Origin: Phoronis australis
Taxonomy: Eukaryota; Animalia; Phoronida
Length of the DNA: 64,000 nucleotides
Direction of reading: 5' to 3'
NCBI GenBank assembly: GCA_002633005.1
Contig: NMRA01000047.1
Location: forward strand, 893,326-957,325
Under the pieces are notes generated by a model. That model was not told where the DNA came from and did no database searches. It saw only the letters and a program-made list of their open reading frames with translations. Positions 1 to 11,070 of this stretch are shown piece after piece. Numbering within the stretch: position 1 is the first letter of the stretch; each line of letters begins with the position of its first letter. Both the position numbers and the translations under genes were made by a program.

Positions 1-571
1 CTTGGAGGAATTGGGCCAGTCATGGTTTTTAAAATGACGGTTAAATGATCAAGCTAGAATATCAGTATGTGTGGATATGTCCATATTTTTGCTATGTTTG
101 TGAAATAACTTGAATGACGGTTAGCTGAACAAAAAAAAATCAGAGATCATTACTTTCATTTCACTTATTTTGTATTTTCTATCTATTACTTTTAATCGTA
201 TTGTCAAAATAAATGACCTTATATCGCCTACCTTGGTCTCCTTTTCATCTCAGATAACAAGCTTGCAACGCGCGTATCATTTATATATTATTCGGGACAT
301 GTGTCAATCATAATAATTCTTTTAAATTTTCATTTTCCACCAGAATACAAAGCCGAGTCAACAGCAGTTACAGGAGCAGTATTGTTTTTACATCTGGACA
401 ACAATACTGGGTTATTGTTGGATGAGGCACACTTTTTGAAGTTATCAGCTTTTACCAAAGCTACAAAACAACAAAATCCATCGTTTTATTAAAATTTGCC
501 AATTCTCGCCATTGGTTACCTGACATTGACCGAGACCAAGACCAGTGTCTCCACCAATTCAATTCACTTAA

Positions 572-680
572 AGTAGTCTGCCTAAGACTGAATTGGATTT
601 AGGTTAGAAGAGCATCGGGTGCAACACAAGAGTTTCAGGTTCGATTCTGCACCGAGACCAACTTCAAAACAAGATTTTTA
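572..680 (+). mobile_element. Possible tRNA-derived SINE head (degenerate)
   Basis: B-box-like GGTTCGATTCT at ~638-648 followed by an A/T-rich tail. A similar TTTCAGGTTCAACTCC motif lies on the - strand at ~996-1011. No clean A box or cloverleaf seen. Confidence 0.25.
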
Positions 681-1335
681 TTGCCAAAAATGGTCCAACT
701 TAACCTTGGATCTGTATATTTACTACAGAGTGATTAATTTCCTCTTTAATTTCCAAAGTCTTCTTTGTTATGGCAGTTCATTTATGCATGGGGAATCGCT
801 GGGGGAAATACGCCCATTAGCAGCCAATAGAAATTATAAGACATTGTAGCATGGTGTGTTAACAAGTGCTGACCACTAAACCAATAACATTGCCTGGCAA
901 TTAAAACTTCTCCTCGCGGCAAGTAGCACCGATCAATGACCAGACATGAAGTGATATTATCCACGAGAATTTTTTTGCAAGATCAGCCCCAACATGGAGT
1001 TGAACCTGAAACGCTCTGTTGGCCAAGCTTAATCCCACTCGGTGTATGGCAGAGTATTTTAACCAATTAAATCGCAAGCTTCAATTTCAGCGAATGTCTG
1101 GCAGACAACGGCAAGAATTGACGATTCGTAATAAAATCACAAAACGCAATGAATTTAATTGTTTTATAGCTCTGGTCAAAGCTAATTAATTCAAAAGTCT
1201 ATTCCATATAACAGTGATACCAAAAATTGCCTTTTTTATCTGGAAACCAAGGCAAATAGGTGTGTGGTGATTTAAATTCCAGAACTTGGTTTAAGGCCTC
1301 ATTCAAAACACAGGAAGCAAGATATTTTAAAGCCA

Positions 1336-1598
1336 CAACGCGCCCACAATGCACAATGCACTTACAATGTCCTCACAATGTACTCAAATGCGCCCACAAT
1401 GTATCTACAATGTATCTACAATGTATCTACAATGCGCCCACAATGTATCTACAATGCACCCACAATGTATCTACAATGCGCCCACAATGTATCTACAATG
1501 CGCCCACAATGTATCTACAATGCACCCACAATGTATCTACAATGCGCCCACAATGTATCTACAATGCGCCCACAATGTATCTACAATGCACCCCCAAT
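1336..1598. repeat. 11-bp-unit minisatellite with higher-order structure
   Basis: Alternating CAATGTATCTA and CAATGC(G/A)CCCA units give 22-bp and 66-bp periodicity. This explains the three overlapping repetitive ORFs at 1260-1683. Confidence 0.95.
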
Positions 1599-1816
1599 AC
1601 AACTAACCACTAATTCCTACTCAGATTATAATTCAAGACCACAGGCTCGAAAACAGGAAAAATGCTTTGGCATCAATGAGTGACCTACTTACAGCATATA
1701 CACAAGTACACACGGTTCTATTTCAACTCAAAACATCGACAATGGAAACAACTAACAACATTACTACTGTCTTTGGTTTCCACTGACTTGATGTTTGGAC
1801 ATGTGTATGCATGCGT

Positions 1817-1919
1817 GTGCATATGTTGGTGTGCATATGTTGGTGTGCATATGTTGGTGTGCATATGTTGGTGTGCATATGTTGGTGTGCATATGTTGGT
1901 GTGCATATGTTGGTGTGTG

Positions 1920-1951
<32 letters not shown>

Positions 1952-1953
1952 TG
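1817..1953. repeat. 14-bp minisatellite x7 followed by (GT)n and (GCGT)n microsatellites
   Basis: GTGCATATGTTGGT repeated 7 times (1817-1914), then GT and GCGT runs. Confidence 0.95.
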
Positions 1954-2412
1954 TAAACGGACGCTTGACAAAGATCAATTTGCTCCGTGTCAGTTGCGCT
2001 TGGCCAAAAGTTGATGTCTGAACGGGACTAAAGGCTATGTGAATTCTTCAACTAGATGTAATTTTATCTTTCCAAATTCATTAACAAAAATAAAGATTAT
2101 TAGAAAATTCTAGTCAATTATCATTTTAGCTTATGCTGTTTGGATGTCAAAAAGCGACATTCGGTACAGTTTCTACTATTTGCAGTACTCAGCCTTTGGA
2201 AAATAGAAAAGTGTAAAAAACTAAAATTGCCGCTAAGGGGCACACCGGTAGTCGGATCCGTCCAAAAGTCGTCATCTTCCGTTGTTAACATCGTATAAAT
2301 ATACTTACACAATTTCGTTAAGATCCTGCGAACGGTTTAGGAGATACAGCCATAGGCGCAAAAAAACTGCCACTAGGAGGTACCACAGTAGTCGAAATCG
2401 TCAGAAAATCAT

Positions 2413-3309
2413 TGTTAGAATAAATATTGATTAAGTAATTAGTAAGAATAGATCCATTTTAAGTTGCCCAAAATTTGTGCATATGTACTTTTAAATCATG
2501 GTGTCAGACTTGTTGACATGTATTTTAAAATCAAAATCTATTTTTAGATGGTGTTTACAACTTTGGGTTCTGGGGTCAAAGTGTTCTAGAGATTCTAGAA
2601 TATTTTGAGAACAAATTGTAACAGCCAATAATACGAGTGGATATGATCATGTGGTTTTTATTAGCCAATCACTAAATAAGTAGAATGTTATATTATGGGC
2701 TGAAATCAACAAGATAATTAGATGCGCTATAGTAGTTGAAGCATAAAGACTTGCTATGGTGTACAGAAGCAATTGTACGACAGAGCCATCTCGTGGAAGA
2801 TTCTAAAAAGGATCTTGGCAAGGGCAAGGGTTAATGAACAGGAAGTTAACTAAGAGCTTGTCACTTGCATTGTGGGTAGTAAGATACTACCTGAAGTGTT
2901 GCGTCATCAGCCAGAGACTGTGACCAGCAAGAACAGTCGCGGGTACAAGAAATTGCCTGCAAGTGTTGCATCATCAGAGACGGTGACCAGCAAGTACACT
3001 GTCGCTATACAGTGTGTGTAGTTCGAAGATTCACCAACAGGACAGACATCTAACAAGTGGAGAGTAATAGCTTGGATAGCAGATAAGACATTTGATTGTT
3101 TTGGCTGTTTGATTAAAGTAGTCTTTCAAGAGGGCGCTAGCGTAGTTACTCTTTGTAGTTGATTACTTAATTAACAATAGGTTTCATTTGTCTAATTAGG
3201 GGTTATCATATAATAAATTAATTACTGGATTTGAATATTCACTGTCCATCTACGCACAATCTCAAAGCATAGCTACCTTTTAAAAAAACCCACAGTCAAT
3301 CATCTGACA
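2413..3309 (+). repeat. 5' LTR (~897 bp)
   Basis: Starts TG after the TSD and ends CA before the PBS. Region 2836-3309 matches 6220-6693 with ~14 substitutions. AATAAA at 3212-3217. Internal ~40-bp direct repeat at ~2894 and ~2961. Confidence 0.9.
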
Positions 3310-3311
3310 TT

Positions 3312-3329
3312 TGGGGGCTAGTCTGGGAG
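3312..3329 (+). promoter_or_regulatory. Primer-binding site, tRNA-Pro type
   Basis: TGGGGGCTAGTCTGGGAG, 2 nt after the LTR end, matches the canonical tRNA-Pro PBS TGGGGGCTCGTCCGGGAT at 15/18. Confidence 0.85.
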
Positions 3330-3438
3330 AGTTTAAATAAAGGTTTACGTGGTTGTGTTGAATTGTTTTGAATCCTGTAATTACTGTTGGAATATTAATT
3401 AATAAAGTGCATTCTGGGAATAAAATCCTTCCTCTAAA

Positions 3439-5477
3439 ATGGATTTTGAAAAATATATTGCGCAAGCGAAACAATTCGGTTATACCGGTGAAGAGTTAAG
3501 GAAGTGCTCAGAGGGGCTCTTGCAGCAGGCCTTGGAGCGTGAAGAGCGTGCCCATAAACGGAAACTGGAACAGGCAGAGCGCGCCCATAAACAAGAACTG
3601 GAAAAGGCAGAGCTTGCACGAGAACAAGCTGAATACGAACACAAGCTTGAGCAAGAACGAGCCGAGCGGGCCCAAGCTATTGAGATTAGAAGCAGAAGAC
3701 ACTGCAACTCCAAATTGAGCTCAAAGCGACACCTAGTGGTGGGGCTCCAAGCAGTGGTGTACGTACCAGCCGTCCAAAACTGCCAAGGTTCGACGAGCGC
3801 GTCGCCAATCACAGACAGAGGCAACCGGTACATTCTCAACATCGTAGACTATGCCACAAGATATCCACAGGCAGTCCCTCTACCAAGAATAGAAGCTGAG
3901 CGAGTTGCAGAAGCACTATTTGAAACCTTCTGTAGAATTGGCTTTCCACGAGAGGTGCTTAGTGACTGTGGGACACAGTTTACCTCAGAAGTTCTGAAGG
4001 AAGATGCACGGCTAATATCCATGAAGCAACTGTTCACCACTCCGTACAATCCGAAATGCAATGGATTGTGTGAGCGTATTAACGGTGTACTGAAGAATAT
4101 GCTTAAGAAAATGTGCCAAGAGCGTCCACAAGACTGGGACCAGTACTTACCAGCAGTACTGTTCACCTACCGAGAGGTACCACAAGTCAGCACAGGATTT
4201 TCGCCATTTGAACTGTTGCATGGTAGAACCGTGCGAGGGCGCATGCAGGTGCTTAAAGAGTTGCGGACTGGCAATGAAACACCAGACGTACGGAATACTT
4301 ACGAGTATGTCCTAGATTTGCGACATCGTCTGGAAGAGACATGTGAACTGGTGCGGGAAAACTTACAAAATGCTGGTGAAGCATACAAGCACCATTATGA
4401 CAAAAAGACGCAAGATCGTTGCTTCAAAGTGGGAGACCAAGTCTTAATATTGTTACCAACCGACAGTAACGAGCTGCTACTGCAGTGGAGGGGTCCCTAT
4501 GAAGTGACCGAGGTACTCAACAAAATGGGCTACCGAGTAAGGGTTGGTGGAAAGATCAAGACGTACCATGCCAACCTCTTGAAACTCTGCATATCTCGTG
4601 ACCAAAGTGGGGCTGCAAGTAAAGATGATGCAGATCAGAATTCTGACATCGCGGCCATAGCTGTACTGCAGCCTGAAATGGACAATGAAGTTGGTGTTGT
4701 CGATGATGAACATCTACTAGAGCTGGGATCGACAAACCAAAAAGAAACGTACAAAAAAGATGTCAAGATATCAGACGAGCTCACTACTATCCAACAAAGG
4801 GAGGTGATAAGTGTGCTAGAAGAGTACTCTGACATCTTAAGTGAAGTACCAGGTACGACCCATCTGGTTGAGCACAAGATTGAGACCATCAGTGAAGAGC
4901 CGGTGAGAGTCAAGCCGTATCCCCTGCCATATGCCACACGGTCGGTTGTGCAGGAGGAAGTTGACAACATGTTAAAGTGTGGAGTCATAGAACCATCCAA
5001 TGCTCCCTACAACTCTCCAGTGGTCTTAGTGAAGAAGAAGGACGGTTCAAATCGATTCTGCATCGATTTTCGTCGTTTGAACGCCATCACCAAGTTCGAC
5101 TCGGAACCGATGGGCAATTCTGATGACATCATGGCTAAGATCATTAAAGACCAGTATTTTACGAAGATTGATCTAAGTAAAGGATACTGTCAAGTCATTG
5201 TCGCCGAAGAATCACGGCCTAAGACCTCGTTTGCCGTACCAAGTGGTTGCTACAAGTTTGTAAAGATGCCATTTGGTCTGGTAAATTCGGCAGCGACCTT
5301 CAACCGTATGATGAGGAAAATGTTGGCAGGAGCACATAATACAGAACATTATGTGGATGACATTCTGTGCCATAATAAGACCTGGACTGAACACCTTGCC
5401 ACCTTGCGAGACACCTTCCAACGTGTGCGAGAAGCTGGACTAACGATTCGACCCACCAAGTGTTCGGTTGGATCTCG
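3439..5477 (+). CDS. Deleted retrotransposon polyprotein: gag N-terminal coiled coil, integrase core/C-terminus, reverse transcriptase (runs into gap)
   Basis: Integrase motifs: RYILNIVDYATRYP, SDCGTQF with exact D-35-E to NGLCER, and QWRGPY (GPY/F). RT motifs: RFCIDFRRLN, KIDLSKGY, MPFGLVNSAATF, YVDD. No protease, HHCC finger or first catalytic D is visible. Confidence 0.9.
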
Positions 5478-6219
5478 NNNNNNNNNNNNNNNNNNNNNNN
5501 NNNNNNNNNNNNNNNNNNNNNNNNNNNNNNNNNNNNNNNNNNNNNNNNNNNNNNNNNNNNNNNNNNNNNNNNNNNNNNNNNNNNNNNNNNNNNNNNNNNN
5601 NNNNNNNNNNNNNNNNNNNNNNNNNNNNNNNNNNNNNNNNNNNNNNNNNNNNNNNNNNNNNNNNNNNNNNNNNNNNNNNNNNNNNNNNNNNNNNNNNNNN
5701 NNNNNNNNNNNNNNNNNNNNNNNNNNNNNNNNNNNNNNNNNNNNNNNNNNNNNNNNNNNNNNNNNNNNNNNNNNNNNNNNNNNNNNNNNNNNNNNNNNNN
5801 NNNNNNNNNNNNNNNNNNNNNNNNNNNNNNNNNNNNNNNNNNNNNNNNNNNNNNNNNNNNNNNNNNNNNNNNNNNNNNNNNNNNNNNNNNNNNNNNNNNN
5901 NNNNNNNNNNNNNNNNNNNNNNNNNNNNNNNNNNNNNNNNNNNNNNNNNNNNNNNNNNNNNNNNNNNNNNNNNNNNNNNNNNNNNNNNNNNNNNNNNNNN
6001 NNNNNNNNNNNNNNNNNNNNNNNNNNNNNNNNNNNNNNNNNNNNNNNNNNNNNNNNNNNNNNNNNNNNNNNNNNNNNNNNNNNNNNNNNNNNNNNNNNNN
6101 NNNNNNNNNNNNNNNNNNNNNNNNNNNNNNNNNNNNNNNNNNNNNNNNNNNNNNNNNNNNNNNNNNNNNNNNNNNNNNNNNNNNNNNNNNNNNNNNNNNN
6201 NNNNNNNNNNNNNNNNNNN
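5478..6219. other. Assembly gap (742 N)
   Basis: Run of N. Confidence 1.
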
Positions 6220-6693
6220 GAACAGGAAGTTAACTAAGAACTTGTCACTTGCATTGTGGGTAGTAAGATACTACCTGAAGTGTTGCGTCATCAGCCAGAG
6301 ACTGTGACCAGCAAGAACAGTCGCGGGTACAAGAAATTGCCTGCAAGTGTTGCATCATCAGAGACGGTGACCAGCAAGTACACTGTCGCTATACAGTGTG
6401 TGTAGTTCGAAGATTCACCAACAGGACAGACATCTAACAAGTGGAGAGTCCTAGCTTGGATAGCAGGTAAGACATTTGATTATTTTGGTTGTTTGATTAA
6501 AGTAATCTTTAAAGAGGGCGCTAGCCTAGTTACTCTTTGTAGTTGATTACTTAATTAACAATAGGTTTCATTTGTCTAATTAGGGGTTACCATATAATAA
6601 ATTAATTACTGAATTTGAATATTCAATGTCCATCTACGCACAATCTCAAAGCATAGCTACCTTTTAAACAAACCCACAGTGAATCATCTGACA
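6220..6693 (+). repeat. 3' LTR (visible part; 5' portion in gap)
   Basis: ~97% identical to 2836-3309. Ends TCTGACA followed by the ATCAT TSD. Confidence 0.92.
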
Positions 6694-8701
6694 ATCATCG
6701 TCAACCGTCCTCTACATAGTAAGCATATACATGCCAATTTTCACAATCATCCTTTGAGCGGTTTGGTTGATAGAGGGGTGGACGCACAAAAACAGACTCA
6801 AAATCACTAAAAATGGCCACTAGGTGGCGCAAACTATGTCGAATCCATCTGAAAACGGGGGGATAGCGTCATCTCACTAATAGGTGCCTACATACCAAAT
6901 TTCATGAAAATCCGTTCAGGACTTTTGAAGATACAAAGGTAAGCGTAAAAAAAATAAAATTGTCACTAGGGGGCACATCGGTAGTCGGATCCGTCCGAAA
7001 GTTTGCACATGCCGTCCCATTCATGAATGGAACATATGTGCTAAATTTGATGAACGTATGTCAAAGGGTTTTGGAGATAGAGCAGCGGACGCCGGACGCC
7101 GCCCGGACGGATGGACGGACGGACGGAGATGACGGCATAATGCGTCCACATATAAATATATGGGCGCATAAAAATGTATAGTACTTTTACTAAGTTAAAT
7201 TTTCCAGTTTTTCAGGTATTTGGCTAAATGTGCAGATATGTCGATAAGGTATTACATAACCTTAATGACAGTAGTTTTTCTAATTTGAAAAGAGTAGGTG
7301 ACCAGACACTGGCATACACATCAAGTGATGTTACATTTATTGTCAGGCAGTCTCAGATATCAGACAATAATGTGGGTGTTATCAGTTGTTATTAATAATT
7401 CTTGGTTTTAATTAATTATTAATCAGCCCTGCTGAACTTGCCATGAACACCTGAAAGATGCTTGAACATTAAAACAAATCCAGCCCGTGGATGCTATTAA
7501 ATTGAGCATCCATGGACATTGTCTGACCAGGTATGTTAATTAATGGTTGTCCTGTGTTATACACATTTATAGGATGAACATTTCTACTGATATTCCAGTG
7601 TGTTTAATATGAAAAGTAACAGTAACTCATTTTCTTATTTATTACTGGAAATATACACGGTAAAAATTCTTCAGTTTGGAACACAGTAATGCGGATAGGT
7701 AAAATTTCGTTTTGTAGAATTTCTCAACAAAAAAAAATTCAGGAAAATTTACTTTGCTTTTAGCTTGGTTTATATGGCAAACCAACTATCAAAAAAATTA
7801 GTATACATAAAATTTTCAGCACTTGTAACAATCTGAAAAAAAAATGTCAATTTTAGCAATTGTTTTAGTCCCCAATTGAAGAAGCTTCAGCTTAATTACC
7901 AATCCTGTTACAAATAAAAAAGTGACGTATAAACCAAAGTTGCAAGTTAGCATGACAAATTGAGCCTCCAAACTCATGTACACACACCGTATAGGACTGA
8001 ATGAACATTTGTAAGCTTAAGTGGCCAGGAAATATGTCTGTTCTCTTATCAAATCCGTTGCAACAAGTTGTATTGGGTGCTCCCTCAGCAGGTCAAAAAC
8101 GATCAATTTCAAAACAAGGAAAAATATGAACAAAAGTGTTTTGTTAAGCAAAAAGACACCTATAGTCTCCACTCTGATGACAGTCTGACAATTCTTCACC
8201 TATTAAGCACACACTATGGCTGACACCATATCTCTCAACAAAATGAAGCATTGGGAAAACTCTATTTAATTATTTTTTGTGCTGTATAATTACCGGTATA
8301 GCAAAATAACACTTGGTCAGATTTTCATTGTTTCTAGCATTGCAATCAGTCTTTGAAAAATCAAAAAATCATCAAAAATGACCACTTATTATGTTAGTTA
8401 AAGAGGTGCGTATTGCTAGGATTAATAGCAGGGATTTGCGTTGATATTTGCGGATTAGAAGAGCAAAACTGACTGAGCAAAGTAGGTAAGGTAAGAAATT
8501 CCCACCAAGTAGTCTAGTGTGAAATAAGTGAGGCAAAGTAATTTTGCAAATAATTTTGGACGCATAAAATGAGGAGAGCCCGCGAAATATGTGGAGAATA
8601 ACTGTCAGAAAATATCCCATCCAACATAATTTCAAAAATGCGTTTTTTTGTCTGTGAAACTGATAACCTCACTTTAAAGCACCATTTTAGACACTTACCT
8701 T

Positions 8702-9076
8702 TCACCACTGAATGATCCAATTACAAAGTGGTGTGGTGAGACCATTATGGGGCTGCTCAAGGCACAGATTTGCAATGTTGTGCAATGAATAACCATCATT
8801 ATCCCAGTTTACATCAGCAGCAAATGACAAAATCAATTCACTATTACCACCTCTCCACACTGCTATTTTTATCAAACATGCCTTTAAACATTGAGCAGAC
8901 CCATGCTTGAAAACATCTGCGCCACGTTTTAAAATCAAGGTCGTGATTGAAAATTCTGAGCTTTTTCTGATCAACGGTGTACTGGAAAGACAAGTGATTA
9001 ATTCAGTTGCTGTGACATGGTCAGCACTCGAAACTAACGAGTAAAACTCTTTTGTCTCCACATAAATGAAGACCAC
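8702..9076 (-). pseudogene. Possible decayed ankyrin-repeat coding fragment
   Basis: The ORF contains TPL..LILKRGADV and IAVWRG..ELILSFAADVNWDNDGYSLH. The two (G/A)ADV motifs are 34 aa apart, close to the 33-aa ankyrin period. No splice structure established. Confidence 0.35.
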
Positions 9077-9619
9077 AATGCTGAAACATAAATTTCTATA
9101 TCAGTGATATAGGTATTTTTGCTAAGTGAGAACCTTAGGCACAATGGGCCACAGGTCAGTGAAACAACTAAAATAGCGCTTACTCTCAAGAGTCAGCGAT
9201 GGAAACTGTTAAACGCTTGGCAGTATGATCTTGAACGGTACAGTTTCAAAATTCAACTTTCCAGTCTTTTTAATTGTTCAGGTTATGCAGGATCTTATTG
9301 ACAAGTCTATGGATTTAGCTAAATATCTATAAAAAACTCAAAAACTAGCTCTGCAAAGTAGAAAGCCACACTTTCAATTTATAACTTTAGATCAATCTGT
9401 ATAGCGTGATCGTGTCTTTTTACTAAAATTTAGTAATACGACTAAATTCCAATTGATGTAAATGTTCAAAATGAAATCTCAAAAGTGCTCAGTTTTCTAA
9501 AACATCCTTTTCGTTTAAAAAAACTTTGGTAGGTCCTCGTGCAAAGGTACATTTTAAAAAATAATACCTAACAACATTTTGGAGAACAACGCATAAAGCA
9601 GAGCCTGTGAAAGTTGATA

Positions 9620-9801
9620 TGAATTTGATGAGCCACTGAAGAGATCTGATGTTCTGAATTTGATGAGTGACTGAAGAAACGTGATGTTCTGAATTTGATG
9701 AACCACTGAAGAGATGGGATGTTCTGAATTTGATGAGTCACTGAAGAGATGTGATGTTCTGAATTTGATGAGCCACTGAAGAGACGTGATGTTCTGAATT
9801 T
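9620..9801. repeat. 35-bp minisatellite, ~5 copies
   Basis: Consensus GATGTTCTGAATTTGATGAGCCACTGAAGAGATGT. Confidence 0.95.
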
Positions 9802-10946
9802 AGCAAAATTTGGACATTTTCCTAGGGTCCAACACAATCTTATGATCTACTGCTAGTTTTTGTGCTTTTTGTTGTTTCACTACATAACACCATAACCTTG
9901 GTTTACATTTTTAAAAACGCTCACAGATTATCTTTTCAAAGTGATAATTTTATGAGCACACCCCATGTCATTGGCCCGAAAAATGTTGTTGATGCACTAT
10001 TATATCTCAACTCTGGCTTAAACCAGCACATTGAAAATGCATCTTCCTTGCCCTTATTTTGACTTAACCTAGCCTTACATTTAGACTCTAACACAACTTA
10101 AAGCAGAACAGCTGGTCAAAGCAAATATTTGTGAGCAAAACAAGCCAGTCATCAATAGGGGACCAGTAAATCCTGAAAATTGAGGATCTGCCCATAAACA
10201 CTTTGAAACGAAAAAAGACAGATCAGAAGAAACTAATGTGACCCAAAGTCTTCTAAGTTGACCCGTAGTTTTAAGGCCCTGTACGTCAATTGACCCAAAA
10301 GTTGATTTTTCCAAAATCATGCCTGCAGCTATGAGTTATTCGTCTTCAGTTTGACACATATTTTCCTTGGGTTTTTCGCGCCTCACAGAATACATCCAAC
10401 ATGCTAAAAACAAAGACCAGCAGAACATCCTTTCGGACACTAGTCTACACTCGATCATGGAGAACTGTGCAACATGTGATGTATAAATTAATTAATGGCT
10501 AATCAAAATACATCTTAACCACAACTATTCAGCTCTCAAGTAGAGTAGTAGGACTGAGTACTGTTTTTCCACAAGTGTGTTTTCTCTGAAGAGACTGTTT
10601 TCTCAGCAGATGCACAGATTTCTCAACCATCACTTCACTGGCCAATCAACAGTGGCCATAAATCCTGCTACACAGCCGGCTTCTAACCTGTGCCCCGATT
10701 CGCTGAGCATGTTGAGGGCTTCTCAATGTAAAACCAACAGGCACGCTGGCCTGTGAAGCTCAAAGCTTAGAGGCTATTCCTTGTGATTAGACACATCTTG
10801 CAGCTGACAGCAGATTTAAAACCCATCAACGGCTTCTGCACAATCAAACCATCAGTGGATAAAATGAAGTCTGGTATACCACTTGTCCTTGTAATGGATG
10901 TCATTATTTCTTACTCAGGCACAAGTTACAGGCATTAATGATATGC

Positions 10947-11070
10947 ATGAAACTGAATGCAACTAAGGTAAGTCATTTTAAATAAAATTTAATGAAATGC
11001 AACAGAGGTAAGTGAATTTTACAAAAAATGAATTAAATACAATACAGGTTAGATCTACTTTACAAAAATT
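10947..11070. repeat. Degenerate ~40-bp tandem repeat x3
   Basis: AATGCAAC..AGGTAAGT..TTTTA.AAA unit at ~10957, ~10997 and ~11036. Confidence 0.55.

Larger units (their letters stand above)
2413..6693 (+). mobile_element. Ty3/Gypsy-type LTR retrotransposon, Gmr1-like (IN before RT), internally deleted
   Basis: TG...CA termini (TGTTAGA...TCTGACA), ATCAT TSD at 2408-2412 and 6694-6698, direct LTR copies at offset 3384, a PBS, and a gag-IN-RT ORF. Confidence 0.93.
2220..7174 (+). mobile_element. Helentron/HINE/DINE-like non-autonomous element, interrupted by the LTR retrotransposon
   Basis: Four diverged ~140-160 bp core units start at ~2224, ~2364 (split at 2412/6694), ~6811 and ~6957. Each has a CCACTAGGNGGC-like motif and AATTTC..GATCC..GGTTT..GAGATA. 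A (GGAC)n microsatellite (~7087-7126) and a 3' hairpin ATGCGTCC..GGGCGCAT (7140-7169) plus AAAAA follow. The 5' boundary is uncertain. Confidence 0.65.

Noticed and set aside
1260-2021. Cys/His-rich repetitive ORFs
   Set aside because: Translations of mini- and microsatellites, open in several frames and on both strands.
2502-2508. TGTCAGA as an alternative 5' LTR start (perfect inverse of the LTR end)
   Set aside because: No matching TSD. Starting at 2413 gives the ATCAT TSD and restores the interrupted host repeat unit.
5460-6307. Long ORFs spanning the first gap, including the 932-aa length of the pol ORF
   Set aside because: Length comes from N runs.
9620-9801. 35-bp repeat as a CRISPR array, C/D snoRNA cluster or hammerhead array (TGATGA, CTGA, CTGAAGA motifs)
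   Set aside because: Units are head to tail with no unique spacers, there are no cas genes, the context is eukaryotic, and there is no terminal stem or properly placed GAAA.
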